Made by a program: the position numbers and the translations under genes. A DNA stretch of 64,000 nucleotides from Lingula anatina. Its lineage: Eukaryota; Animalia; Brachiopoda. Below the pieces are notes generated by a model that saw only the letters and a program-made list of their open reading frames with translations, was not told the DNA's origin and did not search any database. Below are positions 24,909-37,920 of this stretch, piece after piece; positions within the stretch are counted from its first letter, which is position 1, and each line of letters begins with the position of its first letter. Where the stretch lies: assembly GCA_051362555.1 (NCBI GenBank), contig CM120643.1, positions 12,126,644-12,190,643 of the forward strand. Direction: 5' to 3'.

Positions 24909-27900
24909 CATTATTCAAAACCCTTTTACTGATCTTGCTTTTTATGCCACTTCATTTGATGATGATGTTCACTTTTTTCTGATCCCAAGTCTTTTAAGAC
25001 ATTAAAAAGCACTATATATAATCCTTTCCTCTTTTTTTTCTGTCTAACATCACATCAAAATTAGCCATTTATGAAAACAAAGCAGACTCTAATACCCAAC
25101 TGAATAAATAGGCCCCTATCACACATTCTGTGTTCAAATCCCACGTATTACCATTGTCCATGTTTGGTGACTTTGTTTTTGTGTGACCAAATAAAAAATA
25201 TCCTAAACATTCTGTGGAAAAAGGGACCAGCATGTCAAAGATATCTGAATCCATTTTAAAACCAGCATGTGTTGTAGTCTTTTTTTTTTAAACAAACAAA
25301 ACTAAGTAGACAAATAGGAAAGGTAAATAAATATATTTCACTGAAAGGATAAAATCTTACTTTTAAAATTTTTTGCTTGTCAGTTGTTAGACTATTTGTA
25401 TCAGAGATTGAAAGCACAATGCGTCATCTGCAACCATATTTTACGGTATTTTATGAAGTATAAACATGCTTTGTTTCAATAAATAAAAACACATTTTTCC
25501 TAGCACTTTAATTTTTATCAATGCTAATTTGAGGAAAAAGCAAAATAAAAAGCAGTTTCTACAGGAGAACACGCATTGACATTATGTCAACCTCCTTTTT
25601 TTCTCAAAATTTGACGAAAAAAGAACAACATACATTCAAGTGTGGAAAAGCCACACCCAACCAGATGTATTGCTAGGAAAAGGTCCAAGATATCAATCAA
25701 AAGTGCACCAAATTTTGCTGAACGCAACCAGCAGGGTGCTCAGGAAATATATGAACACATTATTCTTAACAGTTCAACCTTTCTTTTTTGAGCACCTATA
25801 TATTTTCATTCAATCATTTCATCAGACGCATAAATATCATAAAAGAGACTGAAATGGTGAGGCAAGCTCGTTCTAGGTGCACAGCAGGCCATTTAATGTG
25901 TAGATGTTGTCAAAAACGTCCTCGTACTCCTTTTCTCATCCACATCAAATATACGCACCTATATCATCTATCTTTTCTTCATAATATTTTCAAACACAAC
26001 ACTTTTAATAACTGGATATTTGATGTTGGTCATAATTTTTTGATAGTATTTCACAGGAGAGACAATAACCCACCAATGGCTGCAAGGAAGCAATCCATGT
26101 CTGATGATGTTGCTTTTGTATAAGAGTGTCTGTTTTTACTATATTTCCCATGTGGTTTGTTTTTCTCCTTATACCTGAAGCCCCTAAGAAGTACCTAGCT
26201 AAGCTCACTACAGTTTCAACAGAAAAAAAAACTCAATCAGACATTTTACAATTCTGGAGGAGCAAAACCCCAAATGAATGCAACAAGTGATAGCTTCCCT
26301 TCATCTTCTTCTCACTCCGTGCTGGGTTAACGATCTTAATGATGTATTGGTACTGATATTTACAGGGAGACGGATGCAACAAGTGAAGGTTTCTCCTGTT
26401 TTATGAAGCTCGCACCGCAGTGAGAAAAAGTCAAGTCAATGACTAACAAGCCATTTCCAAAGGTGAGCCCCTCCAATAACCATGTCTGGGTTGCTTGTCT
26501 CCTCGCTCATTTTCTACCTGCTCGTTTACTGAACTGCTTGATTTACGTTTCAAGTGTTGGGAGGGTCAATGGAGTGGGGGGGGGGGGGGGGGGGGTTGCT
26601 AGAAAAGAGGGGAAAATGAGGTCTTGTATTTGGATTTATGCATTTTGAATAATTTTTATCATAACTGCCATCTGGTATTTCCATATCAGAAGAAAAATTA
26701 ACATCAAGACTTTGATGTTTATTTCACACAATGGAGGAAACTAAGAGTTGGAGATGAGAACTGATACATTCAGTTTTTTTAATTGCATTTCTTTTTGTTT
26801 AAATAATCTATATTGCATGGCATCCCCGCATGAGAAGGAAGACACTGAACATGTAAATATGAGATTGAAATCCCATATAGCAAACAAGAACAAAAAAAGG
26901 CCAAATAATTCCCATTAAAAGCTACATATTATACTACATAATCACTAATGCTAAGAAACTAAATAAAAAATACTAAACAAAATATCCTTATTTTTTCACT
27001 CTTTCTTCTTTACACTTCATAATTTATTCATTTATATGCTGGATAAAATGTAAATAAATTATTAAACAATTGCAACACTTGATTCTACTTCAAAAGCAAC
27101 TAAATAAGTGAAATTAGACTTATGCAATCAAGAAAGCAAAAACTGTCAAAGGTACAGACTCATAGTTTTATTATGATTAACCTGTAATCCTCAAAGTAAA
27201 AAAAAAATAAACAATTGGTTTAATTAAATGAATGAATGAATAAATAAATAAATTGGAAGTTTTGCTGACAAGGAAAGCATTTAATATCGTTACGTGACTC
27301 CTATATATTAAAACCAAAAACAATCTGCAAAATGATCTGATCAGGCTTATTTGAATTTGACCTATATTTCAATCTTGTGGGAGACTAAAACTTCAAAGCA
27401 AAACTTTTTTTAGTAATTCCAATGACAAGCAAATGAACTTGCACAGAAACAGCCATAAATGGTATGAGCAGACAATATATAACAACAACCGAGAGAGAGA
27501 GATGGGATTTTTTAAGGAGGAAAACTGCATATTAAGTCGTGCAGCCTACTGGTAATTTATAAAACCCATACAAAATGCCACATGAAAGCAATAATATCAG
27601 GTACACATTAATTGAAACATATTATACTAAATATCTTACTTCAACCTGCATTTTTCTCTCATGTCACACAGTCATAGCATATTATAGACATTTACACCAG
27701 TGTGATCTACCTAACCCAGACATTTTTTTTTTTATGAATGCCATATTTCTTTTAGATATCAAATGGATATGATTTATTTTCACTGAAAAGAAAAAAAGAA
27801 AATATTGGTAGTGGAAAAAGACCAATACAATCTTCTCATGAAAAAGAGGATAATTTTTGTATCCATTTCTGATGCAAATAATTTTTTCTTTGTCTATAAA

Positions 27901-27973
27901 TGAAGAAAATGCGTCTTGAAAGCACAGGCTTTCAGCACTCACACACGAACACACACACACACAATAAGCGTAC

Positions 27974-29794
27974 CTGTACTTTATGTTCCCCTACAGAGAA
28001 TCCGAGCAAGGCCGTCCCTGAATCCGCGTGTTCTTGGACCTTCACCAGAGTACTGCAGTCTATTTTGAGATCAGAACTTATATCTGCACTTTGCTGAAAA
28101 TCTTCAGTCCGTAAGTCCTCCACCCTCTTAAGTTCTCCATTAGCTAGTTGTATGATTGAGCCCTTCATAAAGTGAGGCGGAAAGTGGGGCTGCGGGAACG
28201 TGGACACGGGTTGGAGGGGTGGGGGAGGAGGGAGGTGGGTGGGGAATGATACCCCGGGGGGTGGACCACCTAAATGAGGCGGGGGCCCACCTTGTGCAGG
28301 CTGTAAAGGTGGAGGATGCTTCTGAGTTCTTTGTCGTTTCGGAGACGGGGTGTCTCCTTTGAAAACTTGAGCAGTACCCTTAGAATTCCCTGAGCCACCT
28401 GTGCTGTCATAGTGTGTGTCGTGGGGCCTTTCGACCTTATGCGCCTTCCATGGCCCCTCTTTCCCACCCCCACCAGCGCCCCCTGTGTGTCTGGACATTT
28501 CAGAGCGATACTGCGAGGCCTTCTGTGAGAGTGAATGTTGAGGTAGCCCTCGTTCGTGTCCACCGTGTCCGCCAGGAGAGGGCGGCCGTCGCATTAACGG
28601 GCCTGACGTGGCTTCCTTTGGTGGCAGGTGTGTGGGGGTGAGGGGTTGTGTAGGGGGCTGGGGGTGAATGCTTGGTCCTGGGGGAGTGCCCGGTGGGAGA
28701 TATGGAGGTATCTGTGGCCCGGGGGGAAAGAGTGAGGATCTCTGGGGGTGAGGTAGTTGCCCGCGACCTAAGTCCTGCAGGGCGGAACTCGCACTGTTCC
28801 CGCCAAAAGTGTCTACAGTTGGAAACACAGTCAACGCACTGGGAGGGTACATCCCATAATGTGGAAAGATAGTCGAGTACGGACTGAGAGATGCAGAATT
28901 TCCCGTGTACACAGATGGCAGGTAAGACGGCAACGTTGTTGCAGAAGAATACATCGGGAACTGTGATTGGTAGATTCTACCCGCATGATCTGGAAGAGTC
29001 AGTGGAGGTCTAAAAACCCCGGGGTAGTGGACCCCGGGGAGAAATGGGTGTGGTGCTTCTCCTGGACCTCCCAGCCCCCCACCCCCTGCTCCTGATGGCA
29101 GCAGCCCAGGCTGAGGGCGGTGAGGCTGGGTGGTGATCGGATTAATCCATGGCAGGTGGGACTCTGTACAGGTAGTGGGCACGTTACTCCTGGTCATGGT
29201 ATTCCTGTCCACACCATCTGTATTCATACGCCCGTCCAGACTGACCGATAGTGGACCGACCTGACCATCGACATCACCACCACTACTGGGGTCACTGCTA
29301 GTGGAACCCTGGCGCCTTTGCTGCTTACCGCTTCCACTTCCTCCCGCACCAAGCACCTGCTTGTGCTGCTGCTGCTGCTGTAATATATGTTGTTGGACTT
29401 GGCTGCTGTAACTGCTGTTTACTCCGGTGCTGTTACTGTTACTGCTTGTCTCCGTTGACAAGTCGAGACTTCCGTGTCTGCTGCGTGGCTGGCGACTGCC
29501 GCTGTTCCCTTTCCCTCCCTGTGAAGGGATGGGTTTCTGTAAAGTGGGGACTTGTAAGTCTGTGGCACTGGCCACCACCAGGTCCCGGCCACTCAGTGGC
29601 AGGGGAGGTTTCTGTATCTGGACAACTGACCAGGGTCCTGATTTCAGCCGGTCAGGGTTGTTATTGTTATTCAGTGCGTCTAGTCTCCTCTGCCATGGTA
29701 AGGAGGACGCGGCATCACAGTTGTGCTGCTGGAGTAGCTGACTGGTGGCACGGTGAACAAGGTCTTCTGGGTAACCTGGCGAGCTGGCCAGCAT
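27974..29794 (-). CDS. ATXN1: Ataxin-1 homolog, large coding exon: low-complexity P/G/S/Q-rich region plus N-terminal half of the AXH domain
   Basis: The 639-aa ORF ends in PPHFMKGSIIQLANGELKRVEDLRTEDFQQSADISSDLKIDCSTLVKVQEHADSGTALLGFSVGEHKVQ, a recognisable AXH N-half. Donor CAG|GTACG at 27974/27973 (phase 0). Acceptor TTTGCAG| at 29830/29829. First in-frame ATG is at 29794, but the true start is uncertain. Confidence 0.92.
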
Positions 29795-32700
29795 AGACTC
29801 CGGGCATAGTAACGTCTGGCTGTCTGCCCCTGCAAATATATAAGAATTCACTTAGTTTATATGAAGTGAAAGGATAGGACATCAGATATTACTGAATATA
29901 TGATATTCATGGCAGGCTGCTCTTGGAACAAGACAGAGACCGCCATGAATGAAGGAGGCAAAAATAAGCACATCTATATATACATACATATATAACATAC
30001 TATTATAGGATACAAGAAGCCGGGTATCTGCCTCTGCAATAAGTATTAGAAAACACCTTGAATGGAATTGCTAAAAGCAAATATTACTCTCTTCTTATAA
30101 AAATTTATGACAGAAAATGCAACGTCAGTCAACCTCTTGCAGCTATAACAAAATGAGAAATGCTTTATGAATTAAAAGTCAATGGGTCTGTCATATCAAA
30201 GAACTGCCTGTCATTCACTACATAACATCACACTCCTCATTATAATGGACTGTCAATCCCAGATTCTTTAGCTTAAAAAAAAAAATATCGACAAGCTTCA
30301 TCTATCTGGGTCTACAAGAACACTGCATCCCACAACTGAGTTTCAGAATCAATGGCAGCATATCGGCACTAGCTATCTTATCAATGAGAAAAGAAAAAGA
30401 AGTATACTTATACAGCCTCCCATGGCCACATAAATCAGTCTCAATGAATTCATGCATAATGTCCATCAATTCACAGCAGCAAACACATACAAACAGTATT
30501 CGGCAGAATGCACAGACATACGGCAAAACATACGTAATAACCTCCTTGCCTGACGTTGCTCCCTCACCTTGCACGTACGTCTACACACGTCTGCGTGCAG
30601 ACACATTCCCCGCATATGGCAAACACAGACTGAAGGCATTTAACATGAACTCACTCAGACTGCCGCTCTAATGCAAAGAGCTTGATCCCTCCACCTCACC
30701 TTCACATACTCCGTGCTTTCCTTACCTCAGCCCTACTGGCAGTTGCAATGCAAGCAAGCAAACAAGCACACAGTGCAGCAGTATACACGTATGGAGAGAG
30801 AAGGACCACAACATCAAGAGGCTCAGTTCACAGTTTTTGCTTCATCACGTGATGAAATGAAGAAACACCAGTTGAAAAAAATTGTATTTTTTTTTTCTGG
30901 TTCAGAGGCACCAGGTTTGGTTGGAGGAGAGCCAATGGCCATCTTCTTCATTGTCGTGGAGAGAAAGCCTACCCCTAGGGGCACCCCAGTGTTAGCACTA
31001 GCTACACGCCAACCAAACTGGGCCCTCGTCTCCCTTTAAGCTATAATTTAAGGTTGGGCTGCAGACAGTTTCTGCATAACCCCGTCTCTATGTCAGACAA
31101 CTTGTTATAATGCCAGCACTGGGGCCTAGAGAGGGAAAGGCAGGGCCATGGTGAAAGGGTCCACAGAACGTATAAGTTCTTAAATTATTCATGGGAAACG
31201 CTTCTCTTTCTTTTTTTTCCTTTTTGGCAAAAGAGTGACTGCCCTGATCCAGTATTAACCTTGATCCTTGCCACAACCAAGGTCTACCATTACCTCGGCA
31301 GGTAAAAAAGTACAGAGGATTAAGCAGTGAGAGTACAATGGGCGTTGATACATGGGGTGTTTGCACTGGCCTGTTGAATTATTAGCACAGACTGGTGAAT
31401 AGCAACATGAAGGCCCAGGCATGGGTCCTGTTACCTCACAATCCCTCTGTCCAGGCTGTTTATAGCCTCTTTTTTTACCCAGGGCACACAGATGTGCTTC
31501 TACCACCCCTCTATCCTCAGCGTGACATAGTAAACAAAAATCTGTTTTTCCTGCCCTTGTATTTCTAAACTCTTCCCTGCACTCGTGTTTCAACATCCTC
31601 CAATATAAGCAACATTGCACGTACGAGAACATTTCTGGAGACCTCCTGCTACTGACGAGTTACATAAAATGCGAGCCAAAAATGTTTTGTTTCTATTATA
31701 TACATGTACCACCCCCTTACTACTTTGTATAGGGTTATCCACAAATAATACCACACAAGAGTAAGAATTACCTTACTAACTCTGCAGTTTTCCTACTTTA
31801 AAAACCTCTCTCTCCTTAAAGTATACACTAAAACACATTTCAGATGTGCTGTTATTTTCTTTACATCATAAGGAAATTGACCTCAAGTTTGTGGGTTAAA
31901 AATACCAGACTTATCAACAGGTGTGCATAGATTTCTGTAGGACTGTGTAATGAGGAAGGATAAGTGTAAGTGGACTAATTAGTGCCTGGTGGCAGGTATT
32001 TCCATTATACTCTACACAGAGATTAAAAACGCTGGGTCTACAGCTTCTCTGGCTACTAGTCTGTTAACCTTTACTAAATATGTCCCTACTGACAGGATCA
32101 CTCCGCAAACTTGTTCCATCTGAAGGTTCGCATTAGCACGGAAGATATTTATTTACCAGCTGACATGGTAAATTTTGGGTGAAATAGGTACTGGTAGATG
32201 ATTAAAAAAAATTTTTTTTTTTACTGATTGGTGACCAAAATAGTAATTCAATATGGAAACAGTAATGTTGATAGCATTTTTGTCGTATTGTTAATTTTGA
32301 TTATTATTTTTCTGAAGGTTAAATTACTTGAAATATTCTTTTTCAATTAAGAAAAAAAAAAAAACTGCTATGACCAACTTTTTTCTCCTAAAATATATCT
32401 TCTCAGTTTGGTCCTTTTCACTTTGAAATAACGTTTGGGTAGAAAACAAGATCTGAACACACTTTGTCAAACAAAGATACAATAATAAATAAATAAAAAA
32501 ATAAGTAAATAGACTTAAGTCAGAAAAAAGTGATGTAGGAACAAATTCAACCACAAAATCAATAAAAAGATACCTGGATTTCAATACATTGCTTGACTCA
32601 CAAAATTTGACAATTTTGCTAAATGCCTCAACTGGAAATAAAACTTACAAATGACTTCAGAGAAAAATTCATCAACTGTTTTCCCCAGAAATATGGACTA

Positions 32701-34649
32701 ATGACAAACGCTTAATGAAACATCTATTTCCATAGCAAAGAATTGATGTAGTTCATTTTTGCTTTCAAATTTCCTTATCTACCGAAGTGAACCGAAAAGC
32801 ACAACCAAGAGGTGCAGTGCCCAATGCTTAACACAATTGTTACACACGACCACCGTCAATAAAAATCAAATAAATACCAAATCATTCCGCTAAAACAAAG
32901 CATGTGAAAACACTAGTGCAAAAATTCAATAAAGAGATAATAAATTTTGATGCGAGACAGAAATGAGTATTTTTCATGAAATGCTCTCCCCTTTGTGTAA
33001 TTTTTCTTCATTACACTGCCATATTGCTATGAACTGGTCAATATCCTTCTCCTACTCTTTCACTCTTGTTCGTACATGCCTCTTATTTACTATAACTCTT
33101 CAGTCTATTTTTGTGCAAAAACAAATCAATCAAAAATAAATAAAGAAATCAATAACTTTATAGATAGAAAAAGCTTAACATTTTTCCTTGAGAAAAAATG
33201 AGCCTGAAAAGACTTAACAACAGTTGTAATGAATTTTTTTAAATTTTGAGAGGAATAATTGTACTAATCACTATATAAAATGGACCTATAGAAAAAAATA
33301 TGTAGAAGAATTATTGCTAATAATTTGTGCAAGTGAATAACTGAGTAGATGTAAGAATTAAAAATTATTCTTACCCTTAATTAATTCCATTTATCCAAAT
33401 TTACTTAAAATGTGGCATCACCATATTAAAATAACCCAGAAATGACTCTGAAAACTATTTCCTTTCTTCCCCATCTTGTTTCCTGTCACATTCACTGCAT
33501 TTTTTATTCGACCACAAATATCCACCATTCAATACCCAATTCTGCCTGGACTGTTTTGCTGTCAAAGAAATCCGGACTTACTCATACAATTCCACCATGC
33601 CATCAGTAAAACCTGTGAAGTGAAGTCCTCATATACCTGACTAGTGAAATATCTATATTTCTTGAGGGGATTCCTCTGTCCTTGTTTACCAGGGATTATA
33701 TATAATGAGATCCCATAATCCTTGGAATCTAATAGGATTAGTTTCATTTTAAAATAAACATATTTTACATGCAGCTTATAGGTTTTTCTTTGCAAATAAA
33801 AATAACTCTTACTGCCTTTTTATTTATTTATTTATTCATTTTTATTTGATACCTAGAATATATAAAATCAGTAATCTAAAATAAATAAGATCAACAATCA
33901 TAAAAACAAAATAATTCACCTGTGCATATTTATGAGGAAGAAATAAAAAAGAAAATAGTTTCTTTGCAGGAATGCTCAGAACGAATTGCAAATACTAGAC
34001 GCTTTTTTCTTCTTTCAGAGGGAGAGAAAAAAACATTAACGGCTCATTTTTTGACTTTGACCTTTGGTTTTAACATAAATATCTTTGCTATGTTCACCTG
34101 GTGATAAATAAAAGAGGGAATACACCTGGAAATGAATAAAACAAGAAAGAACCTCTCACCAACTCTGTTCACTATTCTGCAGCAGAATGCTACTATATAC
34201 ACACTGGTTTTAAAATCCATGGTCTCTTCCTGCACTCTATAGCCACTGTCCACACCAGAACCAAAATGCCCCATAAATTAATTAGCATCTCAGTCAACAG
34301 TAAATCTCACAACACAAAAGAATGTTGGCATTGTCTCAAACAATTACCTATGAACCAAAGAAAAGAAAACTGATTTCTACTAATGTGAAAGACGATTAAA
34401 GAACAGACCCCCACTCTGTGATTACAAGATAAAACGACATACTCACACCTGCAACAATGCATGAGCCTGCACGGACAGCAATAATTTCCGTTAATTTCAG
34501 ACATAAAACGATAGCTGCATCCAACAAGTTTTCTATTCACACTGCACGCTGGTGAAACAAGTGCCCAGAGATTGGGGAGAAAAAAAAAGACGAGGTAACA
34601 AACTTACACTAGCATGACCGAGCCAACCAATCAATAACCTCACTGGGTG

Positions 34650-34663
34650 GTTGCCATGACAAC
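34650..34663. promoter_or_regulatory. RFX X-box motif next to a CCAAT box
   Basis: GTTGCCATGACAAC, with CCAATC at 34627. Confidence 0.45.
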
Positions 34664-35420
34664 AGGAAAGCAGGCTCAATGCTGTTCAATGATTTGCTGA
34701 ATCAGGCAGAATAACTTGAATGATAGCTAACAATTAGTGAGGAAACGCTTTTTCCCATTATCACACTCAAAGGCAGCCCAGATCAGCCATACTTGAAAAC
34801 CAATATCTGCGGGTCTTTTCTCAGCGAGTAGGAATCTAACACTCCTCGTTGGTTAGATTACAAGGGATATCAGGAAGAGACGGCTGAACATGTCAATACT
34901 GAGTCAGCATCGGCCAGTAACAAAAGGATTATCCCTACCTGCCTGCCACACCTTTCACTCTAGTACACCCTTTCACTCTCACGCCTTACCATAAATCCTG
35001 TAGAAGTTTTAAAATATATGATTTCGTTGTTATTATTATTATTCCCCTGAACTGCTTGCTGTGAAAGCAACCTAACCGTTGTTTACAAAAAATATATATC
35101 AAAGTCTACAGCTTTCAGTGCGGTAAGCCAGTAACCTTCATCCCAAATCTCACCTCTGGGTTCTGAGAATTGTTTTCTGAACTAAACCTACTTTTGTTTC
35201 CTTGAAATATTTTCAACTATCAGGTACATAGATCTACCTGCTGGTAGGTTGCAGGTGAATTTTTCTGTCTACCTGAGGAAATTTTACTTTGAAACTCCGG
35301 GACAGACAGTAAACGGAGGTGCTTTATATCGAGACTGACCTGCTGTGCTACCTCAGATCTCAATTATAAAAAAAGGAGTAAAAACCATGATAAAAAAATT
35401 AAGAATAAAAAAACTATATA

Positions 35421-35640
35421 GTGCATCAACTGTTGAAGATTTTGCGCTTTATTGAAGATCTCTGTTACTCTTTGTACTTACCTAGCATGGGTAGCATTAC
35501 ATAACATGTCTGTTTTCATGCTACATTTTTGTGCATCAACTGTTGAAGATTTTGCGCTTTATTGAAGATCTCTGTTACTCTTTGTACTTACCTAGCATGG
35601 GTAGCATTACATAACATGTCTGTTTTCATGCTACATTTTT
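35421..35640. repeat. Perfect 110-bp tandem duplication
   Basis: 35421-35530 and 35531-35640 read identically (GTGCATCAACTG...CTACATTTTT). Confidence 0.95.
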
Positions 35641-37014
35641 TCTAAAACCACTGCAAGTGGAAATCATAAGAAACTGAGATGTTATAAGCAAGTGATGTTC
35701 AACACAAAAAAATGGCCAGACAATGTATCCCTATCCAACGTGAGTTCAAACGGGTTATTTTTTCTCACTAAATCTGAAAAAGATACAGAAATGAAAAAAA
35801 GGGAAAAAATAAATATGTACACCTTAAGCTGATGATTCATTATTTTAAAGATCAATAAAATCAAACAGGGGTGATGATAAGAAATGAATCACCTTATCTA
35901 CAAAGGTAATAAATCAAAACATATCTATGAAGAAGACCCAGTAAACATTTTCATATTTCTTATCTTTATCTTCTTCACTCTCTATTCCATAGGTAAATAC
36001 CAGTTATGCGGATAGGAAATTCAAATACATTTGTTTACAATGCAAGCAACTCGTAAATCTGGCCCTCGCATGGCAGCTAAATAAACCAAACTCTAATTTT
36101 ACTCAAAGCATGAAAAAAATTGCTATCAAAAGACTATTAAAGATACTATAATGAAACAAAATATGCCCTCTCACACTGTATTCAGTCAAATTCAACTGCA
36201 ACTGTTTCCTTTTATGCAGCTGATGCGTAGGCACACAATAAAACTGCAGTCAAGTATAGAAATCGTGCTCAAGTACCAATACCATCAGAAAACACCATTA
36301 CGGGCACAAAAAGCAGTATTTTTTTTATAAACCCTTATCCTCATTGAAGGCAATTAATCTGGCAATAATTGGTCGCAGGAGCACCATAGCGTGTCACTTA
36401 TACACCCCAGGACTGAAGACCGACTCTCCGCAGTCAAAGGGCAATTTTTTTCACTGTTCTCCAGACAACAATACAACAATAACTCCCTCCGAGTTAGTAG
36501 CTGTCAACTTGAGTCATTTTTTTAAAGGCTGTTTGCTGAAGCATTGAGATGGGGGTACAAGGGGTCACGGATAATAGGAAAAACATGCGACTGGAGTGTG
36601 CTGGCAACACGTGTCTGACACGCGCCGCCTCTTGCTGAGGCCTGACAACGGAGCTGCAGGAAAGAAGACCAATTTTGTGGATTTTTCTGCGGAGCCTGAC
36701 TTGTTCCTGCTACTGTTTCATGCTGATAGGTTTCTGATAGGGCATTGTTCATTTGTTTTTTCTTCAGAACTAAATATTTGTGATCAGTATGAGATTCAGG
36801 CCTGCTGTATGGGAGACAGGTTTTTGTTGTGGGAGGTGACTTGCGTTTGTTTTACTGGATTTACCAAGTCATTTCTTTATGCACTTATTGTCAAAAATAT
36901 TTTTTTCATATATTTTGATGGGTATGTCTTTTAAGGACAAATTTAACATGAGGATAAAACAAAATCTTACTGTGGCATTTGAGGAATTCAAACCCAATCG
37001 GATTTAATCTATTG

Positions 37015-37306
37015 TTAGAAATAATCTGTTATACAGGTAAGGGGAGGAGGAAAAAGGTCACATTTCTTTTTATGAGGCAGAGAAATGACTGAGACATATC
37101 TGTGGTATATTGTTTTTTTTTTTTTTATTTTTGTGGCATATTGGTAATAGAACCAGGCTTTTTGTGGCACATTAGTAAAAGCACAAGTTTTTAGAAATAA
37201 TCTGTTATACATGTAATGGGGGAAGGGAAGGGTCACATTTCTTTTTATCAGGCAGAGAAATGACTGAGACACATCTGTGGCATACTGGTAACATAACCAG
37301 GTTTTT
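37015..37306. repeat. Diverged tandem duplication, about 175-bp offset
   Basis: TTAGAAATAATCTGTTATACA...GGTCACATTTCTTTTTAT.AGGCAGAGAAATGACTGAGACA at 37015 and 37190. Confidence 0.85.
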
Positions 37307-37753
37307 CTTGCCATTGACAAAATCTCTTTCAACTGAACATGGTAAAAAACACCACTGTCAACTCTGAACAACATAAAAAACAAAAAATAATGATCTTTTT
37401 GAAAAGATAATAGACTTTCAAGAAATGAGTTACAATTAATAAAACAACAATCTGTTCACCCTGACACCTTCCTACTCACATCTACAGGCATGTTCATACC
37501 AGGATTATATTAAGATTGAAAATTGACCAAATGACATCATCAAAAGACGTGAGACTACTTATACTCAAAAATCATTTGTCCATTCATAAAAAGGGGGTTC
37601 TGATGCTATAGTCACATGGTGCTGGTGGGTGGATTGTGGGGGGGGGGGGGGGGGATTTGGGGGGGGGGGGGGCACCAAAGTGACTGTATGTTATATGTTC
37701 GAAAAATTAGTTTTTTCATATTATGTCTGGCAAAAATAAGTATCTTTCTGGAT

Positions 37754-37920
37754 CAGGGGCAGATCCAGAGCTATTTTCTGACAGTCTTCCAAATTATATT
37801 TGTTGATCCCTTCTCCATTTTTGACCATCATCTGACAGAAAAAATACATACCCGCCAGTGTAATCTCGAAAATCTGACCGTCTTTCGGAAGACCCAGAAG
37901 ATGGCCTCAATCCACCCCTA
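37754..37920 (+). mobile_element. Short DNA-transposon family B copy 1 (CAGGGGC..GATCC terminus, hAT-like)
   Basis: Starts CAGGGGCAGATCCAG and ends AATCCACCCCTA; reverse-complement homolog at 60310-60476. Confidence 0.65.

Larger units (their letters stand above)
8059..27973 (-). other. 19,915-nt phase-0 GT-AG intron inside the AXH domain
   Basis: GT at 27973-27972 and AG at 8060-8059 on the minus strand; splicing restores GEHKVQ-VTVEA. Confidence 0.9.

Noticed and set aside
27932-27973. ORF extension VRLLCVCVFVCEC
   Set aside because: Read-through past the splice donor into an intronic (TG)n tract.
28270-29796. Antisense and alternate-frame ORFs inside the large exon
   Set aside because: Shadows of GC-rich coding sequence, several with non-ATG starts, and with no recognisable features.
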